Below are positions 1 to 10,120 of a stretch of 64,000 nucleotides of DNA, piece after piece. The notes below the pieces were generated by a model. The model had not been told where the DNA came from and ran no database searches. It was given only the letters and a program-made list of their open reading frames with translations. This stretch comes from an uncultured virus (IMG/VR IMGVR_UViG_3300046168_000066) (lineage: Duplodnaviria; Heunggongvirae; Uroviricota; Caudoviricetes): the IMG/VR virus record IMGVR_UViG_3300046168_000066; one strand, given 5' to 3'. Positions within the stretch are counted from its first letter, which is position 1; the number at the start of each line of letters is the position of its first letter. A program made the position numbers and the translations under genes.

Positions 1-1932
1 GTATTGGTAAATCATGAATTTTATGGGAATTTGACTCAACTTAACACAAAATTAACAGGAATTGAATGCCCACCCCCACCAACTATAACTCCTACGTTAA
101 CACCAACATTTACTCCATCTCCATCTCCATCTCCATTATGCACAAACTATGACACAGATGATTATGTAGAAGTTCATTTTCAAAATGATGAAACTGATAA
201 TAAGATTCTAAAATACTTGGGTGACGATAATCAAGGGGCTCCGTTTTACGGAAAACTAACAGAAACTGGATATGAAACATTATCGTTTGTAGATAATTCT
301 TGGATATATGTGACGACAGGTGCAGATTCATTTTGTAGTAATTCTTTGCAGAGAGAAGATATAAAAACTGAATCTGATTTATTAATATTGACTGATATTG
401 TAAAAGAAAAGTATCCAGATGTTAATTTGAATTATGGAGGAATTTACACCGGTGATTGTTGTTATTTTGATAGAAGTAAACTAAGTTTGTCTGCAATATG
501 CTCTCCTATACTTGCAGAGTGGGGTGCAGATGCAGAAACGGATTTTGCTGATGATATACCTGAAAACGGATATAGTGCAGGTGATTATTGGTATTCTCCT
601 GGTGGAAATCTCGGTATATACGGAGAAAATAGTGGACAAGCAGTCGAGAAGGTTGAACCATCTCAGTGTACAGATATTGAACATACCATCCCTCAAAATC
701 ATCTAGTTACAATCGGCACAAGTTCTTCGGAGGACGGTACACGATTTATAACTTCACAACTTCCTGGATACAATGGATATGCAACAATTTATGAAATAGA
801 AAATAATCAAGTTGTTGAAAAATTAAAAATTAATGGAGCATCTTCCAGTTCAACTGATGGAAGTCCGGATCCTGTGGTATGGGAGGGAACTTTTATGAGT
901 CGTGCTTCTATGAATAATAAAGGAGATACACTTGTAATCGGTGAACACAACTTTCAAGGATCAAAAACGGGATGGTCATATAGAGCTGGTGGCTCTTCTG
1001 CTCCGTCTGGATGCAATTACTATATGAAATCAACATTTGGTCATAATGGTCGATTTTTAGTTTACAAACGAAACAGTGCAGGTAATTGGGTAAAATATGG
1101 AAATGATGCATCTGGTGATCTTGTTTCTGCTAAACTCGGAGAACAAGTTGCGGTAGATGATACATCAAGTGTGGTATTTGCATTCGAAAGTTATGGACGA
1201 GTAAACTCATCACCTCCTGCAACACATCATAACATAAACTCAGTTTGTAATTATAATTCATCAATGGGAACTGGTACTCAACCTCGTCCTGGTCTTGGTG
1301 CAGGATTATGTGCGTTTAATCTGATAAATGGAACTTGGCAAAAAGTTAAAGTTCTAACTTCGGTTGTTACCAGGTTATCTGTTTTCAACAACGATTGTAT
1401 ATACAACTACGATGACAATCAAAATTTAGTTAAAGTTGCATCATTGTCTAATGGAGAAATTCATTTTTATACATATAATATTTCAGAAAAAACTTGGACA
1501 ACTGATGTTAACTTGATTGATGAGTTGGGAGTATTCACGGGTTTCAAGTTAATAAACGAGAAGAGATGTATAGTTTCATATGTAAACACCGCAGGAGATG
1601 AATACGAAACACGAATTTACACAATTGATAACAATGAGTGGAAAATTGATTCGTCCATCGCAAACGAATCGGATGCGAAATATGCAATAAGTTATAGTAA
1701 AAGTAAAGATGTAGTTGCGGTAGGACAAACAGATAGTATCAAACTGTTTAGTAAAAATAATAATAATTGGATACTGACTGAAACTAAACCTATCACAGAA
1801 AATGCGTATACTCACATAGGTAACCATTTAATCGCAGGTACAGATAATAAAGATATATATGTCAATGAGTTAGATTGTTTAACTTTTAGTTCAGATGCAG
1901 TTGTCGGTGATGACTATATAGATAACTCTTAA
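1..1932 (+). CDS. Large putative virion/structural protein, 5'-partial; Pro/Thr linker plus beta-propeller-like C-terminal region
   Basis: Frame open from the window edge; PPPPTITPTLTPTFTPSPSPSP linker; repeated beta-strand/W motifs (GNWVKYG, GTWQKV, NEWKID, NNWILT) resembling FG-GAP/propeller blades. Confidence 0.5.
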   Translation, partial: VLVNHEFYGNLTQLNTKLTGIECPPPPTITPTLTPTFTPSPSPSPLCTNYDTDDYVEVHFQNDETDNKILKYLGDDNQGAPFYGKLTETGYETLSFVDNSWIYVTTGADSFCSNSLQREDIKTESDLLILTDIVKEKYPDVNLNYGGIYTGDCCYFDRSKLSLSAICSPILAEWGADAETDFADDIPENGYSAGDYWYSPGGNLGIYGENSGQAVEKVEPSQCTDIEHTIPQNHLVTIGTSSSEDGTRFITSQLPGYNGYATIYEIENNQVVEKLKINGASSSSTDGSPDPVVWEGTFMSRASMNNKGDTLVIGEHNFQGSKTGWSYRAGGSSAPSGCNYYMKSTFGHNGRFLVYKRNSAGNWVKYGNDASGDLVSAKLGEQVAVDDTSSVVFAFESYGRVNSSPPATHHNINSVCNYNSSMGTGTQPRPGLGAGLCAFNLINGTWQKVKVLTSVVTRLSVFNNDCIYNYDDNQNLVKVASLSNGEIHFYTYNISEKTWTTDVNLIDELGVFTGFKLINEKRCIVSYVNTAGDEYETRIYTIDNNEWKIDSSIANESDAKYAISYSKSKDVVAVGQTDSIKLFSKNNNNWILTETKPITENAYTHIGNHLIAGTDNKDIYVNELDCLTFSSDAVVGDDYIDNS

Positions 1933-1938
1933 AAATTT

Positions 1939-1947
1939 ATATTTATA
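1939..1947 (+). promoter_or_regulatory. ATATTTATA motif, candidate phage late promoter
   Basis: Intergenic, just upstream of ATG 1954; recurs before many genes. Confidence 0.5.
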
Positions 1948-1953
1948 TACAAA

Positions 1954-4900
1954 ATGACAGAGAATAACACAGATCAAGAAAATAACGAACTTCCATTGTT
2001 TGCGTGTTGTGATGAATTCAACAACAGAATACCAACACACGGAGATGGAATTGATCGTGGTTCGGTAAACGGAGTAACGGTTCAGTTTTTTGAAGACGGT
2101 GGTCATTTGTGTTTTCACGATTTAATCATTGACGGAATAAGTAATCCTTTTGGTGTAACAATTGATATTGATGGAAACAAAGTATACGGAAAAGTAAAAG
2201 CAACCGGTAAATTTACAAGCACAGATATCGTTTATGTATCACCAAGTGGAAATTTCTATAAAGGTAAACTAGAATCAAGCATTGGATTTGAAAATCATTT
2301 GGTTCTTGAAGGAGTATGTGATACACCACCGGTGGATGATATATTTGAAGGATTGTTTCCAATTGCTACATTCAAAAATGCGTTTTCTATTTATTATGAT
2401 TCAGAATCAAATGAAATTATTTTCAAAGAAGCATACACACTTGATACAATATACAAAGCAACTGCAATTATTCCACACGAAGAATGGACTCACCTTGCAG
2501 TTGTAAGAAAAGGAGAAACTTTAAGATTTTATTTGAATGGTAAAAAAGTAGGTGATGATTTACCAAATGATATAAACTACGGAAAACCAGAATCTATAAC
2601 GGTAGGTCGTGGCACAGAACAAAATGGTGAGTATTCATATTTTCTTGGTGAAATAGATTCATTGAAAGTAATAAACAACTTTGTAAAATATCATGCTAAT
2701 TTTGAACCTGATAATATCAATGATAGTATTTTACCAAAAACCCCAACTCCAACATCAACACCAACGCCAACACCAACTGCGACTCCAACACCAACTCCAA
2801 CCGAAACTCCTGTTCCTGAGAAAACATTAAGAGTTTATTCTAATATTAAAGATTTGGCAAGTTCTGTTAAGTTCAACGACAAAGAAACTTATGTTGATGA
2901 ATTTCACTCATTTGAAATATTACCTGGAACAGAAATTCATTTTCTTCCTGGACCAAACGCAGAACACAAATTTTTAAGATTGCACGGACAAACCGATTGG
3001 ATTGATGGATTTGATGGTAAAATGCCCGAACAAGATGTTGATGTTTACTTTGAATATAAACCGTTTGAGTTCAAAGATTATATGGAAGATTGTAAAACAA
3101 TTTGTCCGTGTGATGATTCAGTTGTTGCGGAAATGGAAATTGATGATGATCCAAGAATTGATTTGAAGTTTTTTGAACACATTGACGAAAAGAAAGAATT
3201 CAGACGTGTCGTTGAGTTTGAAGCAGAGTTACCATCAGTATCTGGAATAGATTGCGAATATGATGTTACTATGATAAACGATGATTTGCTTATCAAAAAT
3301 AAAGAAACAAAATCAGAATATGCGTGGAGAGATTTAATTTTTATACGAAACAACAAATATAAATTTAATTTTGACGAAAATGAAGTAATTTTCAAAATAT
3401 ACGATGAACACGGAACTGAACTCGGCCGAGATGACGGATTTTACAACACCGAAGAATGGATATATCCATTGATAGTTTTGCCAACTGATAAAACTCCTGA
3501 CTTTTTGTATTACGAGTTGATCAACAAAACAGATACACATCGTGGTAGAATTCAAGTCAAAAATATAAACCACATTTCAGGTGTAGTAACAGGATACAAT
3601 TATGTATTCGGATCAAAAACTGATATTTCCACCGACAATGAAACTCTTAAACAAGTATCTACTTACAAAAATGGAGTATATCATATCGGGCTTGATTCAT
3701 ATGTAGACGCAAACGAACTGAATATAGAGTCCACAAGTGGTCTTGAACCTGTATTGGAGTCTAATGTCAATGTTCAATACAAAAGTGTTCCTGGATACCT
3801 TGACACCAACATATTAACTACTTTATTCCGTGAAGTTCTATCAGAAACTAAGAATTACATTGAAACTCATCATAAAATTAAAAAGTTCTTGGGATTGAAT
3901 CCACATTTTGATTTATTGAAACACGATTTTATCACCACATTTTTATGGACATCTGATCTTTCTTTCCACGAACTTGCAAGAATTTTGTTTTTCAATGTGA
4001 TGTACGAGTACGCAAGTAAATCAGAAAAGTCTGACAAATTTATGGAAGTAATTGTAAATCAAATTGTTGATGCATCTCAGCACTTAAAATTTACAAATGA
4101 TTATTATGTAGCAGACTTACTTGAAACTTGTGAACTTGATGCAAGATTTTCTGATATGTTCTCGTTGGTGTACGTAAAGTCCACACGACCTAAACATCGT
4201 TCACTTAAACAAGAACTATTTGATTTGTATTCAAATGTTTACTATTTGAAAGATGCAGTAATCAAACCCGATAACTTTTCAATTTATATGCTTCAAGAAT
4301 CTTATGATCGTGAAGTGGATGGTATTCGTCAAATGATGAATAAACCTATGATTGTTCCTGAAAAAATATTATTGAAATCAGAGGATTGCACAAATCCTCA
4401 ACTTGGAAAGTTTGTAGTCAGAAAATTAGATGATTTATTGACCAAGTCGGTATTTGATGAAACACAGGTTGATTTTGAAATGCTAAGAAAGTTATATCAA
4501 CGAACATTGAGAATTTATGCTCTTCAAAAATCATTTTGTTATACGATAATACCACATTCGTATAATTTGATGGGAATTTTTGATGAAGTAGATTCATATA
4601 AAATTTATGGTGATTTTGAAGAATCCGAAGAATGTTGTGACATCGTTAAACGAAACGAAGGATATGTAGACGAATCATCATTAAACGTTGTAACAACAGA
4701 GCAAAGTATTATGCCACTTAAATTGATTGAAGCAGGTAGTTCACGAATTATGCTTTCTGAGGATATAACTAATATGTCACATCCTGTTGAAAAAATTCAC
4801 GACAATCAATATCGTTTTTACATAGATAAATCAGTATCAGCAGGAAACGTAATGTATTCAAGTCCTGGATACTTCACTACAAATCGTGATACCGCCAACA

Positions 4901-5613
4901 AAATAATGTATCGTGGTATAGATGTTGGTTACAATTCAGGAGAAAAAGTCAGACAAGTAAGAAGTTCTGCACCTGATTACATTGAAACTAATATTTTAAC
5001 AACTTGGATGGTAGCAGACGGAACATTAAATTTGGTTACAGATATAAATCCAAGAGTTCGTATCGGAGATTATGTAACAATACGAGAAGGATTAAAAAAT
5101 GCGGCTATAAATGGTTCGTATCGTGTAAGTGAAGTTTCCGAGAATTCATTTGCAATTCAGTATCGAGTTCCAATTAATATGGAAATTAAAGATATGCAGG
5201 GATTGAATGGTAAATTTGATGCTAGTTATGCAACCAGAGTTTATATGGACGTCACGAATCTTAGTATAAATGACGAACTTATATTTGATTATGCGTCCGG
5301 TGGTGGAAAACGATTCTCTGTAATAAACATAGGACAAGATGAATATGGTGTTTATGCTTTGGTAAAAGGTGTTTTATCAGAAAAAGCAAAAGTAGCAGTT
5401 AAAAGTCACTTTAATCTGTCGGATGAAAACTTTGTTAAATTTACTTATGAAACAAAAGTTTCTTATTACAATGTAAGTAAAACAAATCCACAAACAGATT
5501 CATTGTGGATGAGTCATTTACCTGATGTTACACCTGATGGTAGATTCAATGATGACGTTTCGTTTGTGCAGGTCTTCCACGAAGATATGAGTGCATTTAC
5601 GGGCGAATCATGA
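1954..5613 (+). CDS. 1219 aa putative structural protein with LamG/ConA-like domain and PT-repeat linker
   Basis: WTHLAVVRKGETLRFYLNG...FLGEIDSLKV is a LamG-like motif; TPTPTSTPTPTPTATPTPTPTETP linker; preceded by the ATATTTATA motif. Confidence 0.6.
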   Translation: MTENNTDQENNELPLFACCDEFNNRIPTHGDGIDRGSVNGVTVQFFEDGGHLCFHDLIIDGISNPFGVTIDIDGNKVYGKVKATGKFTSTDIVYVSPSGNFYKGKLESSIGFENHLVLEGVCDTPPVDDIFEGLFPIATFKNAFSIYYDSESNEIIFKEAYTLDTIYKATAIIPHEEWTHLAVVRKGETLRFYLNGKKVGDDLPNDINYGKPESITVGRGTEQNGEYSYFLGEIDSLKVINNFVKYHANFEPDNINDSILPKTPTPTSTPTPTPTATPTPTPTETPVPEKTLRVYSNIKDLASSVKFNDKETYVDEFHSFEILPGTEIHFLPGPNAEHKFLRLHGQTDWIDGFDGKMPEQDVDVYFEYKPFEFKDYMEDCKTICPCDDSVVAEMEIDDDPRIDLKFFEHIDEKKEFRRVVEFEAELPSVSGIDCEYDVTMINDDLLIKNKETKSEYAWRDLIFIRNNKYKFNFDENEVIFKIYDEHGTELGRDDGFYNTEEWIYPLIVLPTDKTPDFLYYELINKTDTHRGRIQVKNINHISGVVTGYNYVFGSKTDISTDNETLKQVSTYKNGVYHIGLDSYVDANELNIESTSGLEPVLESNVNVQYKSVPGYLDTNILTTLFREVLSETKNYIETHHKIKKFLGLNPHFDLLKHDFITTFLWTSDLSFHELARILFFNVMYEYASKSEKSDKFMEVIVNQIVDASQHLKFTNDYYVADLLETCELDARFSDMFSLVYVKSTRPKHRSLKQELFDLYSNVYYLKDAVIKPDNFSIYMLQESYDREVDGIRQMMNKPMIVPEKILLKSEDCTNPQLGKFVVRKLDDLLTKSVFDETQVDFEMLRKLYQRTLRIYALQKSFCYTIIPHSYNLMGIFDEVDSYKIYGDFEESEECCDIVKRNEGYVDESSLNVVTTEQSIMPLKLIEAGSSRIMLSEDITNMSHPVEKIHDNQYRFYIDKSVSAGNVMYSSPGYFTTNRDTANKIMYRGIDVGYNSGEKVRQVRSSAPDYIETNILTTWMVADGTLNLVTDINPRVRIGDYVTIREGLKNAAINGSYRVSEVSENSFAIQYRVPINMEIKDMQGLNGKFDASYATRVYMDVTNLSINDELIFDYASGGGKRFSVINIGQDEYGVYALVKGVLSEKAKVAVKSHFNLSDENFVKFTYETKVSYYNVSKTNPQTDSLWMSHLPDVTPDGRFNDDVSFVQVFHEDMSAFTGES
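2740..2817 (+). repeat. Pro-Thr dipeptide tandem repeat (coding)
   Basis: accccaactccaacatcaacaccaacgccaacaccaact... encodes (TP)n. Confidence 0.85.
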
Positions 5614-7718
5614 GTTTGTTATCAAAAGATTATTTGCAATTAAAGCAATTCAAACTATTTTTGCAAAAGCACGAATCTATACAGATTGATGCAATAGAAA
5701 AAAATAAAGTTGGCCAAATGATGCTCAACAATAAATTTTTTCAAGACTTTGACGAAGATGGACACATAACATTTGCTGATTATAATATTGCGTGGAATTG
5801 GTTGATGCAAGGAAAACCAACTAATATAAATGAACTTGAGGAATTTGAACCAGTCACCAAGATATTACCGTATGAAAGTGTTCAAACAGGAGAACAACAT
5901 ATTTTATTAGACAATACTAATCGTGTAGAATCTAAAAAAACAACTGCAACCACATTATCAACTAAACCAAGAGTAGTTTTCAATAGCAAAAGTAAGAAAA
6001 AAGAAAACGTCATTGAACCAATGTGTGTTGTTGCAGAACCAACCGCATCATCTGCAAAAAAATCTACGATACCACGAAAAGTAATTGCGTCAAGTGTATC
6101 GGAACCAGTAACCGAAACAAATTTACAAGTACAACAAGCAGATTACGTAGAACTTCAAAAAGTTAAAAAGTTTTTGGAAAAGCACACTAAAATTAAAATC
6201 ACAGAGTTGCATCAAGAAAATGTAAGTCAAATGTTATTGAACAATAAATTTTTCTGTGATTTTGATAACGATGGAGAAATAACATTTGCTGATTATAGTC
6301 TTGCTTGGAATTGGTTGATGCAAGGCAAACCAACGAGTTTGACGGAATTTGCTCAAAATGCTCCTGATAATATGAAAACATCAGATATTCCATATCAACG
6401 AGTTCAAGATTCATCTGAGCATATTTTAATTCATCATCAACAAAATTTGGTTAAAGAAAATGCGTCTGAAATAAAACGCAATATCAATAAATCTAAACCT
6501 AAACTTAGTTTTACAAAGAAAATCACAGAACCTTCATCGAGTCCTGTTGTTAATACATATGGAAATTCGTGGAACACAAATTACTTTGGAAGTGAACGTC
6601 GTTTGATATCAAGTTTCAGTTTACCAACTACTGAACCAGAGAAAAATACCTTAAAAATATTATCAGCAGATTATATTGAACTTGAAGAAATGAGAAGTTT
6701 TCTTGCAAATAAAAATAAACTAAATGTAAATGATGTTAAAAAAACGGAAGTTGGTCAGTCGTTGGTAAATAACAAGTTTTTTCAAGATTTTGATATGGAC
6801 GGAGAAATCACTTTTTCAGATTACAATATTGCGTGGAATTGGGTGATGCAAGGAAAACCTACTGACATCGTAAAATTTGCAAAAAGCAAAAGTGCAACTC
6901 CTGATACACACAGAATTCCATATCAATCTGTTCAAGATGGAGATTTCAATGTTCTTGCGGACAATCGTCTTATTGTTTATGAACGAGGTGAAGAAAATGC
7001 AGATAACGCAAAACTTATATCTGGATTAGGTCTTGGACTTGACACCGGAGTACAAATTATATCAACTGGATTAGAAGAAGAAACCAGTGATTATAATGAA
7101 GACGGAGAAATAGATGAAATTGATTTGCAGATACTTGAATGTTATATTATGTCAAGACCATCAGATATTTGTGAATATAATCGTGATCGTGGAGAATGTC
7201 CAGAAGCAACTAAATTACCAAATATGCTTACCGCAAAGTTTGCGTGTGATACTTCTTATTATTACGGAGATGTGCATTTACCCGGAGATGACTTGATACA
7301 AAATGAAGATGTTGAGTATTATATGGCTTGGTTACTTGGAGACGAACAATTTCCAGATGTGAATTCTTTGAGATTTATATTATCCAACAATTGGATTGAA
7401 ACTCCATACAGAGGTCCTGGATTCAGAGAAGTATTAAGAGATTGCAATATTCGTGATCAAAAAACTGAGAAGTCGTTGCATAGTACAAGTATTTATCGTG
7501 TTGATTATCGTGATTATTTAATTATGAAAGAATGGTTGCGGTTGGGAAAACCTAACTTTAAAGGAAAGCAATCTGATTATGACGCATTAACTTGGTTTAA
7601 TGCAAATAGTGCAGAAGGAACTCCAATTGCTTGTAAGTTACCGTTTGAAGTGTATATGGACATAGGTACAAGTTGCTATACATTTGAAGATACTTATGCA
7701 GGTGTAGAAAATCTGTAA
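5610..7718 (+). CDS. Protein with three ~95 aa internal repeats carrying dockerin/EF-hand-like Ca-binding loops
   Basis: Three copies of DY.(Q/E)L...FL...GQ.L.NNKFF.DFD.DG.ITF.DY..AWNW.MQGKPT...PY..VQ, plus a fourth loop DYNEDGEIDEIDLQIL; ATGA overlap with the upstream gene. Confidence 0.6.
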   Translation: MSLLSKDYLQLKQFKLFLQKHESIQIDAIEKNKVGQMMLNNKFFQDFDEDGHITFADYNIAWNWLMQGKPTNINELEEFEPVTKILPYESVQTGEQHILLDNTNRVESKKTTATTLSTKPRVVFNSKSKKKENVIEPMCVVAEPTASSAKKSTIPRKVIASSVSEPVTETNLQVQQADYVELQKVKKFLEKHTKIKITELHQENVSQMLLNNKFFCDFDNDGEITFADYSLAWNWLMQGKPTSLTEFAQNAPDNMKTSDIPYQRVQDSSEHILIHHQQNLVKENASEIKRNINKSKPKLSFTKKITEPSSSPVVNTYGNSWNTNYFGSERRLISSFSLPTTEPEKNTLKILSADYIELEEMRSFLANKNKLNVNDVKKTEVGQSLVNNKFFQDFDMDGEITFSDYNIAWNWVMQGKPTDIVKFAKSKSATPDTHRIPYQSVQDGDFNVLADNRLIVYERGEENADNAKLISGLGLGLDTGVQIISTGLEEETSDYNEDGEIDEIDLQILECYIMSRPSDICEYNRDRGECPEATKLPNMLTAKFACDTSYYYGDVHLPGDDLIQNEDVEYYMAWLLGDEQFPDVNSLRFILSNNWIETPYRGPGFREVLRDCNIRDQKTEKSLHSTSIYRVDYRDYLIMKEWLRLGKPNFKGKQSDYDALTWFNANSAEGTPIACKLPFEVYMDIGTSCYTFEDTYAGVENL

Positions 7719-7763
7719 TTATTATAAAAAAATTACTTAACATTATATTTATTTTTGAGCATT

Positions 7764-8594
7764 ATGGGAGACGATATAATACAAGAAAATGTACTACCTG
7801 AAAAAGTAGAGTCAGTGTTCTATCACTCGTTTATGAGTGGACTTGCTAATAGAATGAGGGCGTGGGTAACGAATTCTGGATTCGCAGAATATATGGATGT
7901 TCCATTTATTATGAAATGGCGTCCCGATGATGCGTGTGGAAAAAAGAATTTTGAGGATTTATTTGAAATTCCGGATAATATGCAATACGAAACGGGTCGT
8001 AGATATCAACCAGATGCAACCACATTATGGATCAAGAAAAATTATCCAAACAATAATTTTCACGGAAGATTCATTGAAGGAAATTATGATTTATCTGTGG
8101 AAGAATTTCAAGAATATGTAAATAATCAACGCAGACATATAAAACCAATTAAAACAATTCAAGATCAAATAGACAAATATACATCAGAACTTGACTTAAA
8201 AAATACAATTGGATTGCATATTCGCAGAACTGATTTAAAAGAGCAAGATAAAAGTCCTGACACTTGGTTTGATCAAAACATTCAAAGTGATCTTGAAGCA
8301 AATCCAAATGCAAGATTCTTTTTGGCGACGGATAACAAGTGGACAGAAGAAAAGTTTATGACCAAGTATGAAGATATAATGGTCAAAGCAAACAGAGACT
8401 TTGATGATGATGTTGACGGAGGAGAAATTTATCCCGGTGGTCATCGTCATCGTCATTCACCTGTTGAACAAGGATTGGTTGATATGATGTTGTTGTCAAA
8501 AACTCAAAAAGTATATGGATGCCACGGAAGTAGTTTTGGTCGTTTCGGTGCTTGGTTTGGTGGAAAAAAATTCATCATTTCAGATTTAGATTAA
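7764..8594 (+). CDS. Fucosyltransferase-like glycosyltransferase (GT-B, GT11/GT23 superfamily)
   Basis: GLANRMR, IGLHIRRTD, FFLATDN and DMMLLSK...SSFG motifs. Confidence 0.75.
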   Translation: MGDDIIQENVLPEKVESVFYHSFMSGLANRMRAWVTNSGFAEYMDVPFIMKWRPDDACGKKNFEDLFEIPDNMQYETGRRYQPDATTLWIKKNYPNNNFHGRFIEGNYDLSVEEFQEYVNNQRRHIKPIKTIQDQIDKYTSELDLKNTIGLHIRRTDLKEQDKSPDTWFDQNIQSDLEANPNARFFLATDNKWTEEKFMTKYEDIMVKANRDFDDDVDGGEIYPGGHRHRHSPVEQGLVDMMLLSKTQKVYGCHGSSFGRFGAWFGGKKFIISDLD

Positions 8595-8610
8595 ATTAAA
8601 AAAAGGAGAT

Positions 8611-9285
8611 ATGAAGAAATTTAAGTATAGTATGTTGTCATTGCCACGATGTGGTTCAAATTGGGTTCGTTATTGGTTCGAATATTTTTCAAACGAAAAC
8701 ACAAGTGAACGAAATGTTCTTGTGGAAAAAAATCATTGGGGAATGGAACGCACAACTGATACAACCGCAACCTTATATAAACGTCACAAATTATCTCAAG
8801 AGGATATTGTTGGGCGTGAAATACAAAAACTTGTTTTAATTGTAAGAGATTATCGTGAGTGCTTTGTTCGTCATTGCGTTGGAAAAAAGTTTGCGAGACG
8901 TGTTGGTCGAATGAAAGATTTTACCGACAATATGTACACATATGATTCATTTCAAGGAGAAAAAATGATAATGTATTACGAAGATTTTGTTGCTGACCCA
9001 AAAACATATATGAAGCAGTTTCTTGATTTCGTAGATGCACCAAACGAGTGGGACAACATTGATGTAGCAGAGCATCGTGACATTTCAGTAAAATTGTATG
9101 AAAATGGAGGAAGTGAAAAAGTAGGATCTCAAACAAAAGGTGCTCCATCTTTGACAAAAGGAAAAGCAGATTTTAAGTTTCACCAAAAAGAACTGGATGA
9201 CGAAACAAAACAACAACTTGAAGAGTGGTTTCAAGAAGAGCATTCAGATATTCACAACAACTATCTTGATAGATACAAATTATAA
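8611..9285 (+). CDS. Sulfotransferase domain protein
   Basis: 5'-PSB-like loop SLPRCGSNW, IVRD (3'-PB), YYEDF; SD aggag. Confidence 0.7.
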   Translation: MKKFKYSMLSLPRCGSNWVRYWFEYFSNENTSERNVLVEKNHWGMERTTDTTATLYKRHKLSQEDIVGREIQKLVLIVRDYRECFVRHCVGKKFARRVGRMKDFTDNMYTYDSFQGEKMIMYYEDFVADPKTYMKQFLDFVDAPNEWDNIDVAEHRDISVKLYENGGSEKVGSQTKGAPSLTKGKADFKFHQKELDDETKQQLEEWFQEEHSDIHNNYLDRYKL

Positions 9286-9299
9286 AAACTCGTTTCGTT

Positions 9300-9308
9300 A
9301 TATTTATA
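9300..9308 (+). promoter_or_regulatory. ATATTTATA motif
   Basis: Just upstream of ATG 9313. Confidence 0.5.
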
Positions 9309-9312
9309 TTGT

Positions 9313-10092
9313 ATGGAAAATGGTGAATCTAAAATATTTGATATCGACTGGAATTTGGTCGTAAATTTGGGAATTAAATGCAATACGTTGGGAATTTCTC
9401 GTTCCGCAAACGTTCGTTACTATTCAAGTCCATTTGATAATATGGATACGGTGGAAGGTCTTACTGATTGTGCTAATTTAATGGCAGACGGATTTGAAAA
9501 TTACTTTTCAAACAAAGAAGATTGGGAAGTAGTAAACGAATATGCACCAAGAAGCACCGAAATCCGTAATAAAATTGTTTCTCACAAAAATACTCCAAAA
9601 GTATATTATCCACACTTTGCAGATGTGTGGTTCAAGAATACATTAAGCAAAGACGAATTGCACGATTGGAAACTCGGAGAAGAACTTACCATTGATCCGA
9701 TTTGGGAAGATTTCGTTCGTGTATTTGAAAATCGTCAACAAAGATTGGCATCACAACTCAGAAGTAAAAACAAAATATTGTTTTTCCGTGCAGATGAAAA
9801 ACGACAACTCAAACGAGCACACGGAACAAATCAGGACGAAGACATAAATTATTTTATTACAAGATTACAATCTGCATATCCTCAGACTGAAATTGGGTTG
9901 TTGTATTTTTACTGCAACAATAAAAAGTTTGAAAGAAATTTAAGTTCTTCGGAGTATGCTCACACAGAATTAATTCCAGACAACATCAAAGAAGATGAAT
10001 ATTCAATCGAACGATTAAAGCAACTTACAGTTTCACCACGTGAAAATATGCTCGAAATTGATTTTGAAAAAGTGTGCAGTGATACCGAATAA
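9313..10092 (+). CDS. DUF1796-like (putative papain-like) protein
   Basis: NLGIKC..., SSPFDN, YPHF, RQQRL...KILFFR pattern; paralogue of 38338..39153. Confidence 0.6.
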   Translation: MENGESKIFDIDWNLVVNLGIKCNTLGISRSANVRYYSSPFDNMDTVEGLTDCANLMADGFENYFSNKEDWEVVNEYAPRSTEIRNKIVSHKNTPKVYYPHFADVWFKNTLSKDELHDWKLGEELTIDPIWEDFVRVFENRQQRLASQLRSKNKILFFRADEKRQLKRAHGTNQDEDINYFITRLQSAYPQTEIGLLYFYCNNKKFERNLSSSEYAHTELIPDNIKEDEYSIERLKQLTVSPRENMLEIDFEKVCSDTE

Positions 10093-10120
10093 AGTTTCCT
10101 AAAATTATATTTATTATAAT

